The translations under genes and the position numbers were made by a program. From the sequence record SRR20825019_2350: a DNA stretch of 36,623 nt; one strand, given 5' to 3'. This document shows, in pieces, positions 1 to 9,496 of the stretch (position 1 is the first letter of the stretch; each line of letters begins with the position of its first letter). The notes below the pieces were generated by a model. It was not told where the DNA came from. It was given only the letters and a program-made list of their open reading frames with translations, and made no database searches.

Positions 1-579
<579 letters not shown>

Positions 580-608
580 TTAATAGAATTAACTCCTTAA
601 TTTTGGCG

Positions 609-616
609 CAAATATA
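609..616 (-). promoter_or_regulatory. Bacteroidota sigma-A -7 element (TATATTTG) for atpD
   Basis: Exact TAnnTTTG match on the minus strand, about 40 nt upstream of the atpD ATG. Confidence 0.65.
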
Positions 617-711
617 CGGCTTTTATGAAAGTTACCTAGCCTTTAATAGAAATCTTTTAAACAATATTCGTCAAAATATTCTCTCGGAATATTAAAAAAA
701 GCCTTGAAACC

Positions 712-739
712 AAAAACCCTCTTGACGAATCAAGAGGGT
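712..739 (-). terminator. Intrinsic terminator of the lamin-tail-domain gene
   Basis: Perfect 10-bp stem ACCCTCTTGA/TCAAGAGGGT (716-725/730-739) with a UUCG loop on the minus strand and a T-run after it, 24 nt past the stop at 764. Confidence 0.85.
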
Positions 740-763
740 CTTTAAAATCAAAAAGTAAAAGAG

Positions 764-3700
764 TTACTTCGTAACTACCAATCTAATAACCTGCTGCTCT
801 GCACCAGTAATAATGTGGCAAAAATAAACTCCTGCCGAAAGATCTCTTACATTCAAAGGAATCGATGTTCTTTCCTTTGCTTGTAAAGTTCCATTGAAAA
901 CTTCCATTATTTCCTGTCCCTGTGCATTCATGATTGTAACATTTGCCAATTCTGTTTCTGCCAATGTTAATTCAATCGTAGCTTGATCAGACATAGGATT
1001 TGGAAATAGGGAAATATGATCCACTACTTCTCCATCGTTTGAGTTCACTGAAGCCATTCCTCTTGATTCTCCATCAACTGTCACAGTAACATCCTGACTA
1101 ATCTCACATCCATTTACTGATGTATAAGTGAACGAATAAACCGTCGTTTCATTTGGAGACACTTCGATACAATTTGTCGTTTCTCCAGTAGACCATAAAA
1201 TGCTACCATCAAGATCAACTGTGTGACTTCCAAGATCTGTAACATCATTTAGAGGATATACCGTCCATTCAGTACCCAATGTTGCAAAAGCAGAAGGCCC
1301 TGTTCCAGAAGGATTCGCAGTAACACCAGAAATAACATTTTGATTTCTTACAAGTGTATAATTTGCTGTTGCTACTGTATCACTTAACCACGCTGCACCA
1401 GGATTGTCTCCAATAACACCAAAAATATCCAAAGGAGATCCTAATTTGGCAAGAACAATTGCATCATTACCATTCCAAAGACTTTGTGTTGTTGTTTCAT
1501 TTGCAACTGCAAGAAATTCTGTCGCTGCTTCATCATCACAAAGAACATGCGTTCCTCCATTTGCAATAATCCCTGACAACGGAACAGAAGTCGATGCCGT
1601 TCCTCCATTAAACGAAATGTCCAATGTGTACCCTTCAGCACTAAGATCAATTGCACTTCCTGTACCGTTATAGATTTCAATACACTTGTTCAATCCTGAT
1701 CCTTCTACATATTGAGAGATGAATAAATCCTCTGCTAATATTTGACCACAAATCACAATGGTATCTCCTTGTACTATGGTTGTATCAGAAGAAACCTGAA
1801 TTGCTGGCGGATCCACACTTACCGTAATTGTTGTAGAAACAACACATCCCGCACCATAAGTTACATCTACAGAGTACGTTGAAGTAGAAGAAGGTGTAAA
1901 GATCAACAATGCATCCGTTCCTCCTGTTGACCAAGCATAATCAGCTATAATTTCATGATATCCTAATGTTGAAGCATCATCAACTGGAGACTGCGTCCAT
2001 TGTTGCTCCAAGGTATAGAATCCACTTACACCTGTTCCTGTTGGGTTAGCTGAAATTCCAGAAGTAATCCCTGAATTTCTTACTAAAGTTGAATTAGCTG
2101 TTTGATTTGACGTTGATACCCAATCAGTACCAGGATTGTCTCCGATCACACCAAAAATATCAATTGCTACTCCACCATTTGTTAAAACGACTGCATCATT
2201 TCCATCCCAAAGAGTATTCGTTGTAACCGCCGTAGCAACATCTAGGAATGGTAAATCTGCTCCATCATTACATAATACATACACGTCATTATCGGCAATT
2301 ATACCTGAAAGTAACAATGTATCTGCAGAAATTCCTCCGTCGTAAGAAACTTGAATCGCGTAGGTTGAAAGGTCTATATCCGCACCTGTTCCATTGAAGA
2401 TCTCCACACATCTGTTTTGACCGCTTCCTTCTACATACTCAGAAATAATCAAATCATTTAATTGTAACACTGCTGTTAATGAACCAGTTGTTTCTGCGCA
2501 AAGTGTACTATCTCCATACAACAACAAAGGTGGAGTTGGTATTACATTCACCGCCACAGCATCAGTTGCAGATCCGCCTGGGTTTGTAACAACTACTGAA
2601 TATACTCCTGATTCCAACACATTGATTGTTTGAGTTGTTGCTCCATTTGACCATAAGTAAGAATAACCTGTACTACCAGCGTCCAAGACATAACCAGCTC
2701 CTTCACAAACAATCACATCCTCTCCTAAATCTACTACAGGAGGGAGGATAGAATCTCCACAAGAAATCACCGTGTGCGCTCCAAGAGAATCAGACATATC
2801 CGTTGAGAAAACTAACCATTCTGATGAAAGTGTTGGAAAGCCAAGTCCCGTTGGGTTTGTAGTCACACCTTGTGTAACAAAATCCTTTCTTACCAATGTT
2901 GTATTCAAGGTTGAAGCACCAGTATCTGTCCATGCAGAACCTGGATCCGCACCGATTTCACCAATAATATCCAATATCACTCCCGTTTTCACCAATGCAA
3001 CGGCATCGTCACCATTGAAAAAGCTACTATTTGGAGTCAAGTCAGCTTGTGATATCATTGCTGCCACAGCTCCGTCGTCACATACGACATACACATCGTT
3101 ATTCGCAATTGTCCCAGTCAGTGAAATAGTGGTTCCTGCCGAAGAACTTCCATTAAAGAAAATTTGAATTTGGTATCCTCCCGCTCCCAAATCTATCGGA
3201 CTTCCGGTTTTATTAGAAATTTCTAGGCACTTGTTAAGCGAACTTCCTTCGATGTATTCTGAGAAGAACAACTCCTGAGCACACCCAGGAATAGTGTCTC
3301 CACCTCCACCGTTGTTTCCTCCATTTGGGTCGAACATACCCAAATCAGAAACATCGTTTTGTGCATAAACCGTCCATTCAGATTGCAAGGTTGTGAAATC
3401 CGTTAGAGACGATGAGCACGATGGGTTTAATGAAACCCCAGATAGAACATTTCCATTTCTACGAAGTGTTCTATCCTTCGTTCTGTTGGTTGCAAACACC
3501 CATTCAGAACCTGGATCACATCCAATAACTCCGAAAATGTCTACCGAGGCATTCGTTACAACATTGAATAATTCAACGGCATCATCACCATTGAAATTAA
3601 TCGCTGCCAAATCTGTCGTTGCACCCGCATAGATTACTGCACTTGATTGAGAGAATACAATCGTTGAATTATCCGACAACATTCCTGATAATCCGCTAAC

Positions 3701-3937
3701 TGTAGTTGGACTCACAGCTCCGTTTGCATACAAACGAATTGCATAATTCGACAAATCTATTGTTCCCCCTGTTCCATTGAATACTTCAACATACTTGTTA
3801 TTCCCTGAGCCTTCGACATACTCAGAAAATATAAGGTCAGTTGTTTGTGCTACTAAGCCATTTGAGAAGACCCCTCCCAACGCCATAGCCATCGCGCCGA
3901 TAGCGCTTCTACTTTTAATAGTGGTTTTTTTTAACAT
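764..3937 (-). CDS. T9SS type A sorting-domain protein with four lamin-tail (LTD)-like domains
   Basis: Signal peptide; four repeats of 'L(I/F)(F/I)S(E/Q)Y(V/I)EGS..N(K/R).(V/L/I)E(V/I).N.TG..IDL...GN/DDAV/I.L...DI.G.IG..PG..W...TL.R'; Ig-like spacers (YLWSNGATT); C-terminal 'LFPNP...LSAGVYF...RLVVTK'. ATG 3937 preferred over the track's GTG 3961. Confidence 0.88.
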   Translation of the reverse strand: MLKKTTIKSRSAIGAMAMALGGVFSNGLVAQTTDLIFSEYVEGSGNNKYVEVFNGTGGTIDLSNYAIRLYANGAVSPTTVSGLSGMLSDNSTIVFSQSSAVIYAGATTDLAAINFNGDDAVELFNVVTNASVDIFGVIGCDPGSEWVFATNRTKDRTLRRNGNVLSGVSLNPSCSSSLTDFTTLQSEWTVYAQNDVSDLGMFDPNGGNNGGGGDTIPGCAQELFFSEYIEGSSLNKCLEISNKTGSPIDLGAGGYQIQIFFNGSSSAGTTISLTGTIANNDVYVVCDDGAVAAMISQADLTPNSSFFNGDDAVALVKTGVILDIIGEIGADPGSAWTDTGASTLNTTLVRKDFVTQGVTTNPTGLGFPTLSSEWLVFSTDMSDSLGAHTVISCGDSILPPVVDLGEDVIVCEGAGYVLDAGSTGYSYLWSNGATTQTINVLESGVYSVVVTNPGGSATDAVAVNVIPTPPLLLYGDSTLCAETTGSLTAVLQLNDLIISEYVEGSGQNRCVEIFNGTGADIDLSTYAIQVSYDGGISADTLLLSGIIADNDVYVLCNDGADLPFLDVATAVTTNTLWDGNDAVVLTNGGVAIDIFGVIGDNPGTDWVSTSNQTANSTLVRNSGITSGISANPTGTGVSGFYTLEQQWTQSPVDDASTLGYHEIIADYAWSTGGTDALLIFTPSSTSTYSVDVTYGAGCVVSTTITVSVDPPAIQVSSDTTIVQGDTIVICGQILAEDLFISQYVEGSGLNKCIEIYNGTGSAIDLSAEGYTLDISFNGGTASTSVPLSGIIANGGTHVLCDDEAATEFLAVANETTTQSLWNGNDAIVLAKLGSPLDIFGVIGDNPGAAWLSDTVATANYTLVRNQNVISGVTANPSGTGPSAFATLGTEWTVYPLNDVTDLGSHTVDLDGSILWSTGETTNCIEVSPNETTVYSFTYTSVNGCEISQDVTVTVDGESRGMASVNSNDGEVVDHISLFPNPMSDQATIELTLAETELANVTIMNAQGQEIMEVFNGTLQAKERTSIPLNVRDLSAGVYFCHIITGAEQQVIRLVVTK

Positions 3938-4248
3938 AACATAAAGATTAAAGTTTGCCACAAAGTTGGGACACGAACGTCTATTTACCCGTTAAAAACC
4001 GACGAAAAGATCAAGAAATAATTGCTAACAAATCCGTCTTATATTAAGCGAATAATAACTCATAACAAATAGATTGTCAGTTATTTACAGTTTTGAGAGG
4101 TTCTTGCGAATTCCCACCAAAAGGTACCATTTATGTGTAGAGAGAATGAACATTCGAGCACATCAAACATTGCTAACCAACGGAAAGGTCACACGAAAAA
4201 CTACGTGAAAATTAATCTGCTAGGATTGAGAAAGTTCTTGAGCTAAAA

Positions 4249-5994
4249 TCATCTTTGGATCTCAAAGATTTCCACTTTAAGCTCGCCCTTTAAGGCTTTG
4301 ACTTTATTATTCCAGATATAAACGCTTACTTTATTCGCCTCCCGATCTTTGCTCATTGCATACGTTACTTTAAATCGCACTTGACCATTTTCAATCGAGC
4401 AATTTTGAACCAAAGATGTACCTTGGTATGCGTAATATTCGTGCGCAATGGTATCTTCTGATGAAAACACTAGAACCGCATCATTGAATGGACTCACTCC
4501 TTCAACAACACCCTCTACAACTATAAAAGCCGGATTCTCAAATTCAGAGGTGAATACTCCCAGAAACTCTTCTTTCCCATTAAACCGAACTGTTTCCCCA
4601 CCTACTTTAGCCCTTTTTAGAAAAGTGTTTCGTTCAAAAAGGGTTTGATTTGAAATCGGATCTCGATGAGAAATATGATAGTTTTTACTTAAATCTGGTC
4701 TTCGCTCCAAATTCGATAATATATAATCAGATAAGGTATCGCTTTCTAAATCTGAATTTTGAAAAATTCGCATTGGAAGTTCCATTCTTCTGGATAATTC
4801 ATGCTCCATGGTCCACCTTCCCGATGTGCTTGTAGGAATCCCCATCACCCTCTCTGGGATTTTGGTCAGCAACTCTTTGTCGAAGTGCTCGTGATTCCAA
4901 AATATAGAATGGGTCAAATTCATGTTTCCTACAAAAAACAGCCCCGTTCCAACGATTATTGGGTAAGATGCCCATGAAATTCTCCAATAATCGAACGTAA
5001 AAAACACTCCTCCAAAAAAGAACACCACCAAATAAAGTCCTGTTCTATCTTCAGGAAAATTAACACCGAGAAGCCAATTCTGAGCAAAAACTGATGCAAT
5101 GGCTACAATTAGAAATAGCGAAAACAAATTTGTGGGATCAAACAAATTCCTTGAGCGAATGAGCTTGAGGAGGGCAGTACATGCTATGAAGACAAATAGT
5201 AAAATGAGAATTACATCGAGGTAGCCACTCTTCAAATGCCATAAATAATAGGTTAACGAGTGTATTGTCGTTTCAATAAAATCAGACGATTCACCGTAAT
5301 AAAGTTTCCCAATTTCCTTTAGATGAAACGAATATCTCAACAAGTAAAGTAATGGAGCCAACGTCAAAACAGGCAAAACAATCCACTTATATTGCTTTTG
5401 AATAATTTGGAAGAGTACAATATAACAGACAACAAAAAGTCCAAAAGGAAGTAGTGTAAGATTGGAAAAAATGGCCAGTAACCAAGCCGACAATAGCAGT
5501 AACAATGATTTAACCCGAACCTCACTGAAATAGTTCATCATTTGAACAAACGCCAGCATTAAAAACGCAAGAGACATTCCGTATCCACGAGCTAAACCAA
5601 AGTACTCTAGTAAAAAGAGCGAGAATAAAAGCACGACAAAAATCCCATAAAAAGCTCCCTTTTGTTGAAAATATCGTCGAAGTGAACAAATAGACCAAAA
5701 ATAAATTGGGAATGTCAACACACTAGCTAATCGAACAACAAGGAGCGCGTCCGAATGGAACAGTCGAATAAACAATCCCCCTAAAAAACTATTTAAAAAG
5801 TGATTATTTGCGTCCTCGTAACCTTGATAAGGAAGAGGATTCCAATCGATCATGTATGACCACATTGTGACAATTTCGTCGTGTACAAAAAACACCATGA
5901 TTGCACGAAGAAAAATGAACGTCCAGAGCATTAGGAAGATGATCCATACAACTCTACTTTCCGATTTTGCTCCGATCAATTTTGTCCTCGTCAT
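4249..5994 (-). CDS. Multi-pass membrane protein, probable GT-C fold (PMT/ArnT-like) glycosyltransferase
   Basis: About 11 hydrophobic segments; 'HDE' after TM1, 'ANNH' and 'ARGYG' motifs typical of lipid-linked-sugar GT-C enzymes; soluble C-terminal domain. Confidence 0.6.
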   Translation of the reverse strand: MTRTKLIGAKSESRVVWIIFLMLWTFIFLRAIMVFFVHDEIVTMWSYMIDWNPLPYQGYEDANNHFLNSFLGGLFIRLFHSDALLVVRLASVLTFPIYFWSICSLRRYFQQKGAFYGIFVVLLFSLFLLEYFGLARGYGMSLAFLMLAFVQMMNYFSEVRVKSLLLLLSAWLLAIFSNLTLLPFGLFVVCYIVLFQIIQKQYKWIVLPVLTLAPLLYLLRYSFHLKEIGKLYYGESSDFIETTIHSLTYYLWHLKSGYLDVILILLFVFIACTALLKLIRSRNLFDPTNLFSLFLIVAIASVFAQNWLLGVNFPEDRTGLYLVVFFFGGVFFTFDYWRISWASYPIIVGTGLFFVGNMNLTHSIFWNHEHFDKELLTKIPERVMGIPTSTSGRWTMEHELSRRMELPMRIFQNSDLESDTLSDYILSNLERRPDLSKNYHISHRDPISNQTLFERNTFLKRAKVGGETVRFNGKEEFLGVFTSEFENPAFIVVEGVVEGVSPFNDAVLVFSSEDTIAHEYYAYQGTSLVQNCSIENGQVRFKVTYAMSKDREANKVSVYIWNNKVKALKGELKVEIFEIQR

Positions 5995-6021
5995 ACTAAA
6001 TGAAATAAAATAAGAAGAATA

Positions 6022-7239
6022 TTAATTCGTAATCCGATTCTTATAGATCAAAAATTTAACAGGGAGATATGAAAATAACAAACTGAGTCCAGTGACCAAT
6101 GAAATAATTAACACTCCATCCCAAAGAGATAATGCGATTGGAAATGCTTCTCCATTTGAGTTCGGCATTTTGAGAAGAGATAATTGAATCTGAAGAACAC
6201 ATACAGCATATCCGATGAGCGCGCCAAAAAGAATTCCTTTTCCAGCAATCAAAAGTCCTTCGAGAAAGAAAATTTTGAACACAAATTGATCATTCGCACC
6301 AAAACTCTGCATCGTTTTAATGTTTTCCACTTTTTCAACGAACAACATCGTTAGCGACGCCACTAAACTAAATGCGGCAAGAATAAAGATGAAGATCAGA
6401 ATGATAAATACGATTAGTTTTTCTGACTTGCTCGTTTGGTAGATAATCTCATTCTTTTCAAAATTCGTTTTAACAACGAAGTCGTTTCCAACGAGTTTTT
6501 TTATCTCCTCCTTCACTGTTTCATTGTCCCATTTCGGATCTACATCTACATAAACCGCAGAAATTTGATTCGAATAATCAAGCATTTCACGCGCTTGATC
6601 AATGGATACGACAATGTCTTTTGCGTTCACCTCTCGGTTAAAATTCATTCTTCCAGCCAATTGAATGGTCTGCATACTGAACGGATTCTTCCCTGGACTA
6701 ATCCGAATTTTCCGTTTCGGAATGTAACATATCACCGTTTCAAACCCAACGTTGCCAGGAATAAATCCTCCTAACTTATCAAGTAAGGTCGCCCCAATGA
6801 TTGCATATTCCGCATCTTTCCCGCCGAGTGTGCATTCACCATCCACCATGTGATCGGACATTCGACTCATTTCAAGAAAAGAACTGTCGATCCCGATTAA
6901 ATTAGCGTTTACCCATTTTTTCTCATGTTTGAGAACGACCACTTCTTCAATGGCCCTCGAATAATTCAAGACTCCTTGAACTGCCTTTAATTTCTTAAAA
7001 TCAATTTGCTGTTCATTGGCGGTTTTCCAATTTGTGGGTCGCACCGTAATATCACTATCATACTCCGAATAGAGTGCCTCGATCATCTTCTCAATCCCGT
7101 TGAATGCGGAAAGCAGAATAATCAACGCTGCGGTGATTACGGCTATTCCCACAACAGAAATGCGCGTAATCAATTGGATCACGTTCTTCTTCTTTCGAGA
7201 AGACATGTAACGTCGCGCTATGAAATAAGGAACGTTAAT
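6022..7239 (-). CDS. LolC/E-type (MacB_PCD/FtsX) ABC transporter permease
   Basis: TM1, a periplasmic domain and three C-terminal TMs ('KTMQSFGA...FKIFFLEG'). The frame extends upstream of ATG 7206 as (I)NVPYFIARRY, the family's usual N-terminus, so the start is placed at ATT 7239. Confidence 0.85.
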   Translation of the reverse strand: MNVPYFIARRYMSSRKKKNVIQLITRISVVGIAVITAALIILLSAFNGIEKMIEALYSEYDSDITVRPTNWKTANEQQIDFKKLKAVQGVLNYSRAIEEVVVLKHEKKWVNANLIGIDSSFLEMSRMSDHMVDGECTLGGKDAEYAIIGATLLDKLGGFIPGNVGFETVICYIPKRKIRISPGKNPFSMQTIQLAGRMNFNREVNAKDIVVSIDQAREMLDYSNQISAVYVDVDPKWDNETVKEEIKKLVGNDFVVKTNFEKNEIIYQTSKSEKLIVFIILIFIFILAAFSLVASLTMLFVEKVENIKTMQSFGANDQFVFKIFFLEGLLIAGKGILFGALIGYAVCVLQIQLSLLKMPNSNGEAFPIALSLWDGVLIISLVTGLSLLFSYLPVKFLIYKNRITN

Positions 7240-7242
7240 GAC

Positions 7243-7581
7243 CTACTTCTTTTTTAATAGCTCATCAATCGTATTCGCGTAATCAAGAGAATCGTCAATG
7301 TGGAATGAAAGTTCAGGAATCTTCTTCATGTTCTTTAATCTATTTCCAACTTCACCTCTGATCTTCGATGCGTTGATCTGTACATTCTTAAGAACCTCGT
7401 TCTTATCTGGACCTGCAAAAACGCTCAAATACACCCTCGCTAACGAAAGGTCTGATGTAATTCGAACCACGGTAACAGTAACCATTGCACCTAAACATAT
7501 TTCACGCGCATGGCGTTGAAAATACATCGACAATTCTTCTTTAATAACTTCTTCGATTCTGCTTTGTCTTATTGAACTCAT
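7243..7581 (-). CDS. rbfA: 30S ribosome-binding factor A
   Basis: MSSIRQSRIEEVIKEELS...VTVTVVRITSDLSLARVYLS...IPELSFHIDDSLDYA. Start at ATG 7581; the track's extension crosses the promoter. Confidence 0.96.
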   Translation of the reverse strand: MSSIRQSRIEEVIKEELSMYFQRHAREICLGAMVTVTVVRITSDLSLARVYLSVFAGPDKNEVLKNVQINASKIRGEVGNRLKNMKKIPELSFHIDDSLDYANTIDELLKKK

Positions 7582-7585
7582 AGCG

Positions 7586-7593
7586 CAAAAGTA
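7586..7593 (-). promoter_or_regulatory. -7 element (TACTTTTG) for rbfA
   Basis: Exact TAnnTTTG match 4 nt upstream of the ATG. Confidence 0.7.
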
Positions 7594-7635
7594 AGAATTG
7601 TTAAAGTGGTTTCGTTTGCAGCGCAAAACAAAATG

Positions 7636-7643
7636 TATCTTTG
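7636..7643 (+). promoter_or_regulatory. -7 element (TATCTTTG) for the MsbA-like gene
   Basis: Exact TAnnTTTG match 8 nt upstream of ATG 7652; divergent from the rbfA promoter. Confidence 0.7.
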
Positions 7644-7651
7644 TTCGCTAA

Positions 7652-9496
7652 ATGAAAGGATTACGCGAAATAATTAGTTACACTTTTAAGTACAGAGGGC
7701 TCAGTTTTCTGGTCATTATCTGCAATTTACTTTACGTCATTTTTGACTTGCTCTCGTTAGCACTTTTCATTCCCTTCCTTACGACAATCTTCTCAAAATC
7801 AGATACGGTCGTGGTACTCACAGAACCAAACTATTCAGGAGGATTCATCAATTTTTTCAAGTACTGCGGGGAATATTTTAAGTTCTACATGCAAGAAGCC
7901 TCGGCGGATAATCCTTTGGGAGCACTCTTTTTCGTGTGTGTTTCTGTTGCAACGACGTTTCTGTTTAAGAATTTGTTCCGCTATGGAGCTATTTGGTACC
8001 AATCGCAATTGCGCATGTCTGTTGTAAGAGACGTTCGCGATAAAATTTTCGAAAAATCACTCAAACTTCCTTTGTCTTATTATACAGATGAAAGAAAGGG
8101 TGATTTAATGTCGCGCATGCAAAGTGACGTTGGAGAAATAGAAATTGCTGTAATTTCTATGCTCGAATTAATCTTCCGTGAACCGTTATCAATCGCTATT
8201 AAACTTTCTGTACTTATTTATTGGAGTCCAGAACTTACCTTGTTTTCCATTATTTTACTTCCCTTCACTGCGTTAATTATTAGTGTAATTGGAAAAAGCT
8301 TGAAGCGCACCGCAAAGCAGGGACAAGAACAAATGGGATTGGTTTACTCAATCATCGAAGAATCATTAGGTGGAATTAGAATAATCAAAGCATTCAATGC
8401 TCGCAAGCAAGTAATGGCACGATTTAAAAGCGAGAACCTTCGCCATCAGCAGTTAATTACAAAAGCTTTCCGTAAAAGAGATCTTTCTTCTCCGTTAAAC
8501 GAAACCGTGGGAGCAATTGTAATGATTTGCATCGTTTGGTATGGCGGTTCACTTATTTTAGATCCGTCGAATAATTCCGATTTAACAGGAGCTGAATTCG
8601 TTACTTTCATTATCGTATTCTCTCAACTGTTGAGTCCAATTCAAGGAATCACGCGATCTATCGCAAACCTTGATAAATCAAAGGCATCCCAAGATCGAAT
8701 CAATGAAGTATTGAATGCTGACGAAAAAATCCATGAAGTTGAAAACCCGACTGTTCTTGGAGAATTGAAATCAGGAATTGAGTATAAGAACGTTTCGTTT
8801 CGTTACAAAGATGAAGACGTTCTCAAGGATGTTTCCTTTTCAATCCCCTTAGGGAAATCTATTGCGCTCGTTGGAGAATCAGGAAGTGGAAAATCAACCA
8901 TCGCAGATTTGTTGCCACGTTTTTACGACATCCAACAAGGAACTATTGAATACGACGGTGTCGACACAAAGAATGCAGCGATTCTCAATTTGAGAGATCA
9001 AATAGGAATTGTTTCCCAAGAGTCGATTCTTTTCAACGCTACCGTGAAAGAAAACATTGCGTTTGGAATGCAAGAAGCGACCGATGAGGAAATAATCACC
9101 GCGGCTAAAATTGCCAATGCACATGACTTCATTATGGCGCTGGAAGATGGTTATGAAACGAACATTGGTGAACGGGGGAACAAACTTTCTGGTGGACAAC
9201 GTCAACGTATGAGCATTGCTCGAGCTGTACTAAAAAATCCACCGATTTTGATTCTTGACGAAGCAACTTCTGCACTCGATACAGAATCTGAAAAACTCGT
9301 TCAGGAAGCTCTTGAAAATTTGATGCGAGATAGAACGAGTCTTGTTATTGCACATCGTTTGAGCACGATTAAATCTGCCGATAATATCATTGTATTGTCG
9401 AAAGGACGAATTGTTGAACAAGGAACGCATCAAGAATTGATGGATTTAAAAGGTATGTATCACAACCTTTCCACTCTCCAAGGAATTATTTCTTAG
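7652..9496 (+). CDS. MsbA-like ABC exporter (fused permease and ATPase)
   Basis: N-terminal TM domain; Walker A GESGSGKS, signature LSGGQRQR, Walker B ILILDEATSALD, switch IAHRLST. Confidence 0.93.
   Translation: MKGLREIISYTFKYRGLSFLVIICNLLYVIFDLLSLALFIPFLTTIFSKSDTVVVLTEPNYSGGFINFFKYCGEYFKFYMQEASADNPLGALFFVCVSVATTFLFKNLFRYGAIWYQSQLRMSVVRDVRDKIFEKSLKLPLSYYTDERKGDLMSRMQSDVGEIEIAVISMLELIFREPLSIAIKLSVLIYWSPELTLFSIILLPFTALIISVIGKSLKRTAKQGQEQMGLVYSIIEESLGGIRIIKAFNARKQVMARFKSENLRHQQLITKAFRKRDLSSPLNETVGAIVMICIVWYGGSLILDPSNNSDLTGAEFVTFIIVFSQLLSPIQGITRSIANLDKSKASQDRINEVLNADEKIHEVENPTVLGELKSGIEYKNVSFRYKDEDVLKDVSFSIPLGKSIALVGESGSGKSTIADLLPRFYDIQQGTIEYDGVDTKNAAILNLRDQIGIVSQESILFNATVKENIAFGMQEATDEEIITAAKIANAHDFIMALEDGYETNIGERGNKLSGGQRQRMSIARAVLKNPPILILDEATSALDTESEKLVQEALENLMRDRTSLVIAHRLSTIKSADNIIVLSKGRIVEQGTHQELMDLKGMYHNLSTLQGIIS

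Noticed and set aside
1404-3632. Family of similar plus-strand ORFs (SPITPKIS...) at 1404, 2136, 2772 and 3393
   Set aside because: Antisense shadows of the four LTD repeats on the minus strand.
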